From: Cytophagales bacterium
GTDB lineage: Bacteria > Bacteroidota > Bacteroidia > Cytophagales > JAAEPT01
Reading direction: 5' to 3'
Length of the DNA: 64,000 bases
Assembly (NCBI GenBank): GCA_965267335.1
Contig: OZ253953.1
Span: 1,282,639 to 1,346,638 of the forward strand
Positions 9,587 through 19,739 of this stretch are shown piece by piece (positions within the stretch are counted from its first letter, which is position 1; each line of letters starts with the position of its first letter). The translations under genes and the position numbers were made by a program. The notes beneath the pieces were generated by a model, which had not been told where the DNA came from, made no database searches, and saw nothing but the letters and a program-made list of their open reading frames with translations.

Positions 9587-12500
9587 TGTAATCATTACGG
9601 TTGATCCACTCCCAACCGCAGACGCAGGTACAGATGATAGCTTCTGTGATGGGCAGGGCAATGCGACTATTACCGCGACAGGTGGAGGAACCTACAGCTG
9701 GGATAATGGATTAGGCGCAGGAGCCAGCCATACAGTAACACCAGCGGCAACAACCACTTACGTGACCTGTACGGCAACAACCACTTACGTAGTGACTGTA
9801 ACAGACGGCAATGGCTGTACCGATACAGACGATGTAATCATTACAGTTGATCCACTACCGACAGCTGACGCAGGTACAGACGACAGTTTCTGTGATGGTC
9901 AAGGCAATGCGACTATTACTGCCACAGGCGGAGGAACATACAACTGGGACAATGGTCTTGGAGCAGGCGCGAGCCATACAGTAACACCAGCTGCAACAAC
10001 CACTTACGTAGTGACTGTAACAGACGGCAATGGCTGTACTGATACTGACGATGTAATCATTACAGTTGATCCACTCCCAACCGCAGATGCAGGTACAGAC
10101 GATAGCTTCTGTGATGGACAAGGCAATGCAACGATCACCGCGACAGGCGGAGGAACCTACAGTTGGGATAATGGACTAGGAGCAGGAGCCAGCCATACAG
10201 TAACACCAGCAGCAACAACCACTTACGTAGTAACGGTAACAGATGGCAATGGCTGTACGGATACAGATGATGTAATCATTACAGTTGATCCACTGCCCAC
10301 AGCGGACGCAGGTACAGACGACAGCTTCTGTGACGGTCAAGGCAATGCAACGATCACTGCCACAGGCGGAGGAACCTACAGTTGGGATAATGGACTAGGA
10401 GCAGGAGCCAGCCATACAGTAACACCAGCAGCAACAACCACTTACGTAGTAACGGTAACAGATGGCAATGGCTGTACGGATACAGATGATGTAATCATTA
10501 CAGTTGATCCACTACCAACAGCAGACGCAGGAGCAGATGTATCGATTTGTCCGGCCGGCTCAACGACACTGACAGCCAGTGGAGCGACTACCTATAACTG
10601 GGATAACGGTCTTGGAGCAGGAGCGAGTCACACGGTGTCACCAGCCGCTACTACAACTTATATAGTAACAGCGACAGATGGCAATGGCTGTACAGATACC
10701 GATGATGTAACAGTCACTGTTAATGCAGCTCTACCAGTAAGTGCTGGAACCGATACTGCGATATGTGTTGGTGCATCAGTGACCCTGACAGGTACAGGAG
10801 CAGTGAACTACACCTGGGACAATGGTCTTGGAGCAGGAGCAAGCCACACCGTATCACCAGTCACTACCACTACCTATGTAGTAACCGGAGATGATGGAGC
10901 AGGTTGTTCGGCAACTGATGATATAACAATTACAGTCAATGCACTTCCAACAGCAGACGCAGGTACAGATGATAGCTTCTGTGATGGGCAGGGCAATGCG
11001 ACTATTACCGCGACAGGTGGAGGAACCTACAGCTGGGATAATGGATTAGGCGCAGGAGCCAGCCATACAGTAACACCAGCGGCAACAACCACTTACGTAG
11101 TGACTGTAACAGACGGCAATGGCTGTACCGATACAGACGATGTAATCATTACAGTTGATCCACTACCGACAGCTGACGCAGGTACAGACGACAGTTTCTG
11201 TGATGGTCAAGGCAATGCGACTATTACTGCCACAGGCGGAGGAACATACAACTGGGACAATGGTCTTGGAGCAGGCGCGAGCCATACAGTAACACCAGCT
11301 GCAACAACCACTTACGTAGTGACTGTAACAGACGGCAATGGCTGTACTGATACTGACGATGTAATCATTACAGTTGATCCACTCCCAACCGCAGATGCAG
11401 GTACAGACGATAGCTTCTGTGATGGACAAGGCAATGCAACGATCACCGCGACAGGCGGAGGAACCTACAGTTGGGATAATGGACTAGGAGCAGGAGCCAG
11501 CCATACAGTAACACCAGCAGCAACAACCACTTACGTAGTAACGGTAACAGATGGCAATGGCTGTACGGATACAGATGATGTAATCATTACAGTTGATCCA
11601 CTGCCCACAGCGGACGCAGGTACAGACGACAGCTTCTGTGACGGTCAAGGCAATGCAACGATCACTGCCACAGGCGGAGGAACCTACAGTTGGGATAATG
11701 GACTAGGAGCAGGAGCCAGCCATACAGTAACACCAGCAGCAACAACCACTTACGTAGTAACGGTAACAGATGGCAATGGCTGTACGGATACAGATGATGT
11801 AATCATTACAGTTGATCCACTACCAACAGCAGACGCAGGAGCAGATGTATCGATTTGTCCGGCCGGCTCAACGACACTGACAGCCAGTGGAGCGACTACC
11901 TATAACTGGGATAACGGTCTTGGAGCAGGAGCGAGTCACACGGTGTCACCAGCCGCTACTACAACTTATATAGTAACAGCGACAGATGGCAATGGCTGTA
12001 CAGATACCGATGATGTAACAGTCACTGTTAATGCAGCTCTACCAGTAAGTGCTGGAACCGATACTGCGATATGTGTTGGTGCATCAGTGACCCTGACAGG
12101 TACAGGAGCAGTGAACTACACCTGGGACAATGGTCTTGGAGCAGGAGCAAGCCACACCGTATCACCAGTCACTACCACTACCTATGTAGTAACCGGAGAT
12201 GATGGAGCAGGTTGTTCGGCAACTGATGATATAACAATTACAGTCAATGCACTTCCAACAGCAGACGCAGGAACTGATGATAGTTTCTGTGATGGACAAG
12301 GTAATGCAACAATTACTGCCACAGGCGGTGGAACATACAACTGGGACAATGGTCTTGGAGCAGGCGCGAGCCATACAGTAACACCAGCCGCAACAACCAC
12401 TTACGTAGTAACAGTAACAGACGGTAACGGCTGTACGGACACAGACGATGTAATCATTACGGTTGATCCGCTACCGACAGCAGACGCGGGTACAGACGAT

Positions 12501-15500
12501 AGCTTCTGTGATGGACAGGGTAATGCGACTATTACTGCCACAGGCGGAGGAACATACAGCTGGGACAATGGTCTGGGAGCAGGCGCGAGTCATACAGTAA
12601 CACCAGCCGCAACGACAACTTACGTAGTAACGGTAACAGACGGTAACGGCTGTACTGATACAGATGATGTAATCATTACGGTTGACCCACTCCCAACTGC
12701 AGATGCAGGAACTGATGATAGCTTCTGTGATGGTCAAGGCAATGCAACGATTACCGCGACAGGCGGAGGAACCTACAGCTGGGATAATGGATTAGGTGCA
12801 GGAGCAAGTCATACAGTAACGCCAGCGGCAACAACCACTTACGTAGTGACTGTAACAGACGGTAACGGATGTACGGATACAGACGATGTAATCATTACAG
12901 TTGATCCACTCCCAACAGCAGACGCAGGAACTGATGATAGTTTCTGTGACGGTCAGGGCAATGCAACGATTACCGCGACAGGCGGAGGAACCTATTCATG
13001 GGACAATGGATTAGGAGCAGGCGCGAGTCATACAGTAACCCCTGCCGCAACGACAACTTACGTAGTAACAGTAACAGATGGCAATGGCTGTACGGATACA
13101 GATGATGTAATCATTACAGTTGATCCACTACCAACAGCAGACGCAGGAGCAGATGTATCGATTTGTCCGGCCGGCTCAACGACACTGACAGCCAGTGGAG
13201 CGACTACCTATAACTGGGATAACGGTCTTGGAGCAGGAGCGAGTCACACGGTGTCACCAGCCGCTACTACAACTTATATAGTAACAGCGACAGATGGCAA
13301 TGGCTGTACAGATACCGATGATGTAACAGTCACTGTTAATGCAGCTCTACCAGTAAGTGCTGGAACCGATACTGCGATATGTGTTGGTGCATCAGTGACC
13401 CTGACAGGTACAGGAGCAGTGAACTACACCTGGGACAATGGTCTTGGAGCAGGAGCAAGCCACACCGTATCACCAGTCACTACCACTACCTATGTAGTAA
13501 CCGGAGATGATGGAGCAGGTTGTTCGGCAACTGATGATATAACAATTACAGTCAATGCACTTCCAACAGCGGACGCAGGCACAGACGACAGTTTCTGTGA
13601 CGGTCAGGGCAATGCAACGATCACTGCCACTGGAGGTGGAACCTATTCATGGGACAATGGTCTTGGAGCAGGAGCCAGCCATACAGTAACACCAGCCGCA
13701 ACAACCACTTACGTAGTAACTGTAACAGACGGTAACGGATGTACTGACACAGATGATGTAATTATTACAGTTGACCCACTCCCAACCGCAGATGCAGGAA
13801 CTGATGACAGCTTCTGTGATGGTCAAGGCAATGCAACCATTACTGCCACAGGCGGAGGAACCTATTCATGGGACAATGGTCTTGGAGCAGGAGCCAGCCA
13901 TACGGTAACACCAGCTGCAACAACGACCTACGTAGTGACTGTAACGGATGGTAACGGATGTACTGACACAGACGATGTAATCATTACGGTTGACCCACTT
14001 CCAACCGCAGACGCAGGTACAGACGACAGTTTCTGTGACGGTCAGGGCAATGCAACGATCACCGCAACAGGTGGAGGAACCTATTCATGGGACAATGGTC
14101 TAGGCGCAGGTGCAAGCCATACGGTAACCCCAGCTGCAACAACCACTTACGTAGTGACTGTAACGGATGGTAACGGCTGTACTGATACAGACGATGTAAT
14201 CATTACAGTTGATCCGCTACCGACAGCTGACGCAGGAGCAGATGTATCGATTTGTCCGGCCGGCTCAACAACACTGACCGCCAGTGGAGCGACTACCTAT
14301 AACTGGGATAACGGTCTTGGGGCAGGAGCCAGTCACACGGTGTCACCAGCCGCTACTACAACTTATATAGTTACCGCAACGGATGGTAATGGCTGTACAG
14401 ATACCGATGATGTAACGGTCACTGTTAATGCAGCTCTACCGGTAAGCGCTGGAACCGATACTGCGATATGTGTTGGTGCATCAGTGACCCTGACAGGTAC
14501 AGGAGCAGTGAACTACACCTGGGACAATGGTCTTGGAGCAGGAGCAAGTCACACCGTATCACCAGTCACTACCACTACCTATGTAGTAACCGGAGACGAT
14601 GGAGCAGGTTGTTCGGCAACTGATGATATAACAATTACAGTCAATGCACTCCCAACTGCAGACGCAGGCACAGATGACAGCTTCTGTGACGGCCAAGGCA
14701 ATGCGACCATTACTGCCACAGGCGGAGGAACCTATTCATGGGACAATGGACTAGGAGCTGGCGCGAGCCATACAGTGACTCCTGCCGCAACAACCACTTA
14801 TGTAGTGACTGTAACAGACGGCAATGGATGTACCGATACTGATGATGTGATCATTACAGTTGATCCACTACCGACAGCAGACGCAGGCACAGACGACAGC
14901 TTCTGTGACGGCCAAGGCAATGCAACAATTACCGCGACAGGTGGAGGAACGTACAACTGGGACAACGGTCTTGGAGCAGGAGCAAGCCATACAGTAACAC
15001 CAGCGGCAACAACGACATATGTAGTAACTGTAACAGATGGCAATGGCTGTACGGATACAGACGATGTAATCATTACAGTTGATCCACTCCCAACCGCAGA
15101 CGCAGGAACTGATGATAGTTTCTGTGATGGACAAGGAAATGCAACAATTACTGCCACAGGCGGAGGAACCTATTCATGGGACAATGGTCTAGGCGCAGGC
15201 GCGAGCCATACGGTAACACCAGCGGCAACAACCACTTATGTAGTAACAGTAACAGATGGTAACGGATGTACGGATACAGACGATGTAATCATTACTGTTG
15301 ATCCGCTACCGACAGCAAACGCAGGAACTGATGACAGCTTCTGTGATGGTCAAGGCAATGCAACAATTACTGCCACAGGCGGAGGAACATACAGCTGGGA
15401 CAATGGTCTTGGAGCGGGAGCAAGTCATACGGTGACGCCAGTGGCAACAACGACATATGTAGTAACGGTAACGGATGGTAACGGCTGTACAGATACAGAC

Positions 15501-16830
15501 GATGTAATCATTACGGTTGATCCACTACCGACAGCTGACGCAGGAGCAGATGTATCGATTTGTCCGGCCGGCTCAACAACACTGACCGCCAGTGGAGCGA
15601 CTACCTATAACTGGGATAACGGTCTTGGGGCAGGAGCGAGTCACACGGTGTCACCAGCCGCTACTACAACTTATATAGTAACAGCAACCGATGGCAATGG
15701 CTGTACAGATACCGATGATGTAACAGTCACCGTTAATGCTGTATTTGCAATAGATGCCGGTGTTGATCAAGAGTTATGCGATGGAGAATCCACGACTGTT
15801 AGCGTGACCGGTGCGGTTTCTTATACCTGGGACAATGGTCTAGGAGCAGGTGCGAGTCATACCGTGACTCCAGTTTCAACTACAACTTATACTGTAACTG
15901 GTGACGATGGGAATGGTTGTTTCGCAACGGATGATGTTACAATTACGGTTAATGCACTCCCTATAGCAGATGCGGGTACAGACGACAGCTTCTGTGACGG
16001 CCAAGGCAATGCAACAATTACGGCCACTGGAGGTGGAACCTACAGCTGGGACAATGGTCTTGGAGCAGGAGCAAGTCATACAGTGACCCCAGTCGCAACA
16101 ACGACATACATAGTAACTGTAACAGATGGCAATGGCTGTACAGATACAGACGATGTAATCATTACGGTTGATCCGCTACCGACAGCAGATGCAGGTACAG
16201 ACGACAGCTTCTGTGATGGCCAAGGTAATGCGACAATTACTGCCACAGGAGGTGGAACCTATTCATGGGACAATGGTCTGGGAGCGGGAGCAAGTCATAC
16301 GGTGACCCCGGCAACAACGACAACTTACGTAGTGACCGTAACAGACGGTAACGGATGTACGGATACAGACGATGTAATCATTACGGTTGATCCGCTACCG
16401 ACAGCAGATGCAGGTACAGACGACAGCTTCTGTGATGGGCAGGGCAATGCGACTATTACTGCCACTGGAGGTGGAACCTATTCATGGGACAATGGCTTGG
16501 GAGCTGGAGCAAGTCATACAGTAACTCCGGCCGCTACCACGACCTACGTAGTAACGGTAACAGACGGCAATGGATGTACGGATACAGACGATGTAATTAT
16601 CACAGTTGATCCACTACCGACAGCAGATGCAGGTACAGACGACAGCTTCTGTGATGGGTTGGGGAATGCAACTCTAATGGCCACAGGAGGTAGCACTTAT
16701 TTCTGGGACAACGGATTAGGAGCTGGAGCCAGCCATACTGTAGCTCCAGCATCAACTACAACTTATACAGTGATGGTCACTGACGGCAATGGTTGTACTG
16801 ACACGGATGATGTAATAATCACAGTGATTC
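7420..16830 (+). repeat. Coding tandem array of 219-bp type-A modules, then a 1308-bp higher-order repeat (A-A-A-A-B-C)
   Basis: Ten consecutive A modules (7420-9556) are followed by blocks A4-B-C, A4-B-C, A4-B-C, A3-B-C, A4-B-C'', A4. The antisense ORFs 9855..10121 and 11163..11429 have identical translations exactly 1308 bp apart. Confidence 0.9.
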
Positions 16831-18344
16831 CCACTGAGACTCCTGCTGTAACTATAACTAAGACTGATCCATTGTGTTTTGGAGATGCCGGAACAGTTAC
16901 GGTTCAAGATTCCACTGGAGGAGGCCCGGACCCAATGTTCTCGTGGACAGTAAATGGAGTGCCAGCGGGTTCTGATAATGCGATATTCACTTCAACAACG
17001 CTCAATGATGGTGATGTAGTTAGTGTGGTGATGACAAGTAATGCTACTTGCGCATCACCTAACACAGCTACTTCAAATGTGACAATAGCTGAGCCAGAAG
17101 TACTAGCTTTATCAACAACAGCGACAGATGTACTTTGTAATGGAGGGTCTACCGGAGCAGTTGATTTAGATGTGCAAGGAGGTACATTACCATATGCTTA
17201 TGCATGGAGCAATGGAGCGAGTACAGAAGACATTACAGGATTAAGTTTCGGAAGCTACAGTGTCATGGTAACAGATGGAAATGGGTGTACGGCTAATACC
17301 AGTGCAACCGTAAACGAACCAACAGCTATAGTATTGTCAACTTCTGTAACAGATGTACTTTGCAACGGTGACGCTACAGGTTCTGTAAACTTAACTGTGT
17401 CCGGAGGAACAAGTGGTTATACCTTTAATTGGAACACTGGTGTGAGCTCACAAAATATAAGTAATGTGACTAGCGGATCATACTCGGTCACGGTGACTGA
17501 TGCCAATAGCTGTACCGCTAGCACAACGGTAACCGTAAATCAGCCTACTGCTCTTGCCTCAACGGTAAGTGTTGTTCATGCTTCCTGTAACGGATTTAGT
17601 GATGGAGCAACTGACTTAACAGTTTCAGGGGGTACCCTTCCATATGGATTCTCATGGTCAACCGGTGATATCATTGAAGACCTGGTAAATATTCCTGCTG
17701 GTAAATATGATGTCACCATAACTGATGGTAATGGGTGTACAATGGATAACTCAGGTACTGTTCAGGAACCTGTTCCAATTGCACCAATTATTGAAATTGA
17801 TGATGAAGATGGCCAGGTTTGTGAGGATGATACGTTAGTGGCTTATGTTACTAATGTGGAAGATCAGGGTCCTAATCCGGTATACTCATGGTTCCTGAAT
17901 GGAGCTACTGTAGGAGGCAACGATACAATTGTACAACTCCTTGGAGTGCTTGATGGTGACGAAATTTTTGCGGTACTCAACTCAAGCGAAGTATGCTCTC
18001 CCGGACCTGTAGAATCGAATCACGTATTCCCGGAAATAGTAAAATGCGGTTGTGAGCTGTTTATTCCAACTGCGATTTCACCTAACAACGACAATGCAAA
18101 TGATGCATGGTTTGTTCAAGGGCTTGATTGCTGGGATCAATGGACAGTACGAGTATATAACCGATATGGAAGTCTCGTTTGGGAGCAATTCAAAAACTCG
18201 GCAAATAACGTAATTTATATTCCCTGGGATGGATACAGAAATGGACAACCAATGCCGGTAGCAGTTTACTACTATGTTATTGAAGTAAGTCTGGACGGAG
18301 AAAAGCCGAAAGATTATACTGGTCCGTTGACCATTATGCGATAA
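9762..18344 (+). CDS. Giant adhesin, C-terminal segment (about 33 modules, 4 SprB repeats, T9SS type-B C-terminal domain). Probably the same gene as 4085..9586.
   Basis: This frame is already open from nt 9570 and reads CTDTDDVIITVDPLP..., a direct continuation of the interrupted module, so 9762 (GTG) is only the first start codon in the ORF track. SprB-type repeats (LCNG.STGAVDL.V.GGT.PY.Y.WS.G......L..G.Y.V.VTD.NGC) lie at ~17091-17770. The C-terminal sorting domain lies at ~18043-18341 (CELFIPTAISPNNDNANDAW..VYNRYGSLVW..WDGY..VYYYV). Confidence 0.8.
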   Translation: MTCTATTTYVVTVTDGNGCTDTDDVIITVDPLPTADAGTDDSFCDGQGNATITATGGGTYNWDNGLGAGASHTVTPAATTTYVVTVTDGNGCTDTDDVIITVDPLPTADAGTDDSFCDGQGNATITATGGGTYSWDNGLGAGASHTVTPAATTTYVVTVTDGNGCTDTDDVIITVDPLPTADAGTDDSFCDGQGNATITATGGGTYSWDNGLGAGASHTVTPAATTTYVVTVTDGNGCTDTDDVIITVDPLPTADAGADVSICPAGSTTLTASGATTYNWDNGLGAGASHTVSPAATTTYIVTATDGNGCTDTDDVTVTVNAALPVSAGTDTAICVGASVTLTGTGAVNYTWDNGLGAGASHTVSPVTTTTYVVTGDDGAGCSATDDITITVNALPTADAGTDDSFCDGQGNATITATGGGTYSWDNGLGAGASHTVTPAATTTYVVTVTDGNGCTDTDDVIITVDPLPTADAGTDDSFCDGQGNATITATGGGTYNWDNGLGAGASHTVTPAATTTYVVTVTDGNGCTDTDDVIITVDPLPTADAGTDDSFCDGQGNATITATGGGTYSWDNGLGAGASHTVTPAATTTYVVTVTDGNGCTDTDDVIITVDPLPTADAGTDDSFCDGQGNATITATGGGTYSWDNGLGAGASHTVTPAATTTYVVTVTDGNGCTDTDDVIITVDPLPTADAGADVSICPAGSTTLTASGATTYNWDNGLGAGASHTVSPAATTTYIVTATDGNGCTDTDDVTVTVNAALPVSAGTDTAICVGASVTLTGTGAVNYTWDNGLGAGASHTVSPVTTTTYVVTGDDGAGCSATDDITITVNALPTADAGTDDSFCDGQGNATITATGGGTYNWDNGLGAGASHTVTPAATTTYVVTVTDGNGCTDTDDVIITVDPLPTADAGTDDSFCDGQGNATITATGGGTYSWDNGLGAGASHTVTPAATTTYVVTVTDGNGCTDTDDVIITVDPLPTADAGTDDSFCDGQGNATITATGGGTYSWDNGLGAGASHTVTPAATTTYVVTVTDGNGCTDTDDVIITVDPLPTADAGTDDSFCDGQGNATITATGGGTYSWDNGLGAGASHTVTPAATTTYVVTVTDGNGCTDTDDVIITVDPLPTADAGADVSICPAGSTTLTASGATTYNWDNGLGAGASHTVSPAATTTYIVTATDGNGCTDTDDVTVTVNAALPVSAGTDTAICVGASVTLTGTGAVNYTWDNGLGAGASHTVSPVTTTTYVVTGDDGAGCSATDDITITVNALPTADAGTDDSFCDGQGNATITATGGGTYSWDNGLGAGASHTVTPAATTTYVVTVTDGNGCTDTDDVIITVDPLPTADAGTDDSFCDGQGNATITATGGGTYSWDNGLGAGASHTVTPAATTTYVVTVTDGNGCTDTDDVIITVDPLPTADAGTDDSFCDGQGNATITATGGGTYSWDNGLGAGASHTVTPAATTTYVVTVTDGNGCTDTDDVIITVDPLPTADAGADVSICPAGSTTLTASGATTYNWDNGLGAGASHTVSPAATTTYIVTATDGNGCTDTDDVTVTVNAALPVSAGTDTAICVGASVTLTGTGAVNYTWDNGLGAGASHTVSPVTTTTYVVTGDDGAGCSATDDITITVNALPTADAGTDDSFCDGQGNATITATGGGTYSWDNGLGAGASHTVTPAATTTYVVTVTDGNGCTDTDDVIITVDPLPTADAGTDDSFCDGQGNATITATGGGTYNWDNGLGAGASHTVTPAATTTYVVTVTDGNGCTDTDDVIITVDPLPTADAGTDDSFCDGQGNATITATGGGTYSWDNGLGAGASHTVTPAATTTYVVTVTDGNGCTDTDDVIITVDPLPTANAGTDDSFCDGQGNATITATGGGTYSWDNGLGAGASHTVTPVATTTYVVTVTDGNGCTDTDDVIITVDPLPTADAGADVSICPAGSTTLTASGATTYNWDNGLGAGASHTVSPAATTTYIVTATDGNGCTDTDDVTVTVNAVFAIDAGVDQELCDGESTTVSVTGAVSYTWDNGLGAGASHTVTPVSTTTYTVTGDDGNGCFATDDVTITVNALPIADAGTDDSFCDGQGNATITATGGGTYSWDNGLGAGASHTVTPVATTTYIVTVTDGNGCTDTDDVIITVDPLPTADAGTDDSFCDGQGNATITATGGGTYSWDNGLGAGASHTVTPATTTTYVVTVTDGNGCTDTDDVIITVDPLPTADAGTDDSFCDGQGNATITATGGGTYSWDNGLGAGASHTVTPAATTTYVVTVTDGNGCTDTDDVIITVDPLPTADAGTDDSFCDGLGNATLMATGGSTYFWDNGLGAGASHTVAPASTTTYTVMVTDGNGCTDTDDVIITVIPTETPAVTITKTDPLCFGDAGTVTVQDSTGGGPDPMFSWTVNGVPAGSDNAIFTSTTLNDGDVVSVVMTSNATCASPNTATSNVTIAEPEVLALSTTATDVLCNGGSTGAVDLDVQGGTLPYAYAWSNGASTEDITGLSFGSYSVMVTDGNGCTANTSATVNEPTAIVLSTSVTDVLCNGDATGSVNLTVSGGTSGYTFNWNTGVSSQNISNVTSGSYSVTVTDANSCTASTTVTVNQPTALASTVSVVHASCNGFSDGATDLTVSGGTLPYGFSWSTGDIIEDLVNIPAGKYDVTITDGNGCTMDNSGTVQEPVPIAPIIEIDDEDGQVCEDDTLVAYVTNVEDQGPNPVYSWFLNGATVGGNDTIVQLLGVLDGDEIFAVLNSSEVCSPGPVESNHVFPEIVKCGCELFIPTAISPNNDNANDAWFVQGLDCWDQWTVRVYNRYGSLVWEQFKNSANNVIYIPWDGYRNGQPMPVAVYYYVIEVSLDGEKPKDYTGPLTIMR

Positions 18345-18377
18345 TATTAAAGCTCTTAGTACCCTGATTACGTTTGC

Positions 18378-18418
18378 GGGCGGTGTAGTCAATTCCCTTG
18401 ACTCATCGCCCTTTTTTT
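18378..18418 (+). terminator. Rho-independent terminator of the second adhesin gene
   Basis: gggcg..agtcaa ttccc ttgact..cgccc composite stem followed by a T7 run, ~35 nt after the stop. Confidence 0.7.
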
Positions 18419-18552
18419 GTCCACAGTGGCTTAGGTGTAAGTTGATTTAGTACAAATCGACAATGTGTGTAAGAAATACTCTCGACCTTTTTAATATTTT
18501 TTATCCCAAATATCACCGGTTCAGGCCTTAACTAAGGAAACCAAAATTGACT

Positions 18553-18583
18553 CTTGCTTCTGGATTAAAAACACCTAATTTTG
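18553..18583 (+). promoter_or_regulatory. Candidate Bacteroidota sigma-A promoter for sucD
   Basis: TAATTTTG (18576-18583) matches the -7 consensus TAnnTTTG. A partial -33 element, cTTG, lies 19 nt upstream. The start codon is 23 nt downstream. Confidence 0.4.
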
Positions 18584-18605
18584 TAGGGCTAATCAATGTA
18601 GGAAT

Positions 18606-19490
18606 ATGAGCGTACTAGTAAATAAAGACTCAAAAGTAATAGTTCAGGGATTTACAGGTTCTGAAGGAACTTTCCACGCTGAACAAATGATTGAATATGG
18701 AACCAATGTTGTCGGTGGTGTAACACCTGGAAAAGGTGGGCAGGAGCATTTAGGTAAGCCGGTATTTAATACGGTTGTTGATGCTGTCGCAAAAACGGGA
18801 GCTGATGTATCCATTATATTCGTTCCACCAGCATTTGCAGCTGATGCTATTATGGAAGCAGCTGACGCAGGTATAAAGGTGATAGTAGCCATTACTGAAG
18901 GTATTCCTACCCGTGATATGGTCACTGCAAAAAATTATATCAAGAAAAGAGATTGCATACTTATCGGACCTAACTGTCCAGGAGTAATTACACCAGGTGA
19001 AGCTAAGGTTGGTATCATGCCGGGATTTATCTTTAAGTCTGGTCGTATAGGAATTGTTTCAAAATCAGGAACACTTACTTATGAAGCAGCGGATCAGGTA
19101 GTAAAAGCTGGATTTGGTGTGTCTACGGCTATTGGTATCGGAGGAGATCCAATTATCGGAACTCCGACAAAAGATGCTGTAGAGCTATTGATGAATGATC
19201 CAGATACCGATGGGATCGTAATGATTGGAGAGATTGGTGGAAATTATGAAGCACAGGCTGCTAAATGGATTCAGGAAACCGGAAACAAGAAACCTGTAGT
19301 TGGATTTATTGCCGGACAAACAGCTCCGAAAGGAAAGAGAATGGGGCATGCCGGAGCAATCATTGGCGGTGCTGATGATACGGCTGAGGCCAAGATGAAA
19401 ATTATGGCTGAGTGCGGCATTATAGTAGCAGAGTCTCCTGCCGAAATAGGGGATAAAGTTGCAGAGGCAATGAAAACCGTTTCAGCTTAG
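18606..19490 (+). CDS. sucD: Succinate--CoA ligase (ADP-forming) subunit alpha
   Basis: 294 aa. The N-terminus ...[36 protein letters not shown] and the MGHAGAI phosphohistidine loop are typical of SucD. Confidence 0.95.
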   Translation: MSVLVNKDSKVIVQGFTGSEGTFHAEQMIEYGTNVVGGVTPGKGGQEHLGKPVFNTVVDAVAKTGADVSIIFVPPAFAADAIMEAADAGIKVIVAITEGIPTRDMVTAKNYIKKRDCILIGPNCPGVITPGEAKVGIMPGFIFKSGRIGIVSKSGTLTYEAADQVVKAGFGVSTAIGIGGDPIIGTPTKDAVELLMNDPDTDGIVMIGEIGGNYEAQAAKWIQETGNKKPVVGFIAGQTAPKGKRMGHAGAIIGGADDTAEAKMKIMAECGIIVAESPAEIGDKVAEAMKTVSA

Positions 19491-19516
19491 TCGAAAGCAG
19501 AAATCAATAAGAATAT

Positions 19517-19547
19517 AACCTGGGACCAATTGGTTCCAGGTTTTTTT
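19517..19547 (+). terminator. Rho-independent terminator of sucD
   Basis: aacctgggacc aatt ggttccaggtt stem followed by a T7 run. Confidence 0.8.
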
Positions 19548-19553
19548 ATGCGC

Positions 19554-19594
19554 AAAAAAAAAGACTTTCTGTCAACCGAAGTCGACAGAAAGTC
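19554..19594 (-). terminator. Second terminator-like hairpin on the minus strand
   Basis: Perfect 11-bp stem gactttctgtc / gacagaaagtc. An A9 run on the plus side gives a U-tract after the hairpin on the minus strand. Confidence 0.5.
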
Positions 19595-19699
19595 CAAAAA
19601 TCAATTACCAAGAGGTTTTTTAATGTTTGCTCACTTAAAGTGAGTAGGTTCTGTATAGAGATACCGGATAAGTATATTAAAAAGTAACCTACTACTTAT

Positions 19700-19739
19700 A
19701 AAAAAATAAAAAAAGCGTTTCTGACAACTCAGAAACGCT
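19700..19739 (-). terminator. Rho-independent terminator of rny
   Basis: Perfect 11-bp stem agcgtttctga / tcagaaacgct with loop caac. On the minus strand it is followed by a T-rich run (plus-strand aaaaaaataaaaaa), 23 nt after the rny stop. Confidence 0.8.

Noticed and set aside
1460-16079. Many minus-strand ORFs of 60-130 aa inside the adhesin repeat arrays (e.g. 1460..1678, 7496..7894, 7996..8382, 8723..9309, 9855..10121, 11163..11429, 12162..12737, 14798..15157, 15876..16079).
   Set aside because: They are antisense read-throughs of a stop-poor periodic coding repeat. They recur with the repeat period, are Cys/Val/Ser-rich and low in complexity, and sit entirely within a strongly supported plus-strand CDS.
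1-18344. A diversity-generating retroelement or invertase-driven phase variation as the source of repeat variation in the adhesins.
   Set aside because: No reverse transcriptase, template repeat, recombinase gene or inverted-repeat-flanked promoter segment is visible. The variation is mostly synonymous rather than targeted to specific codons.
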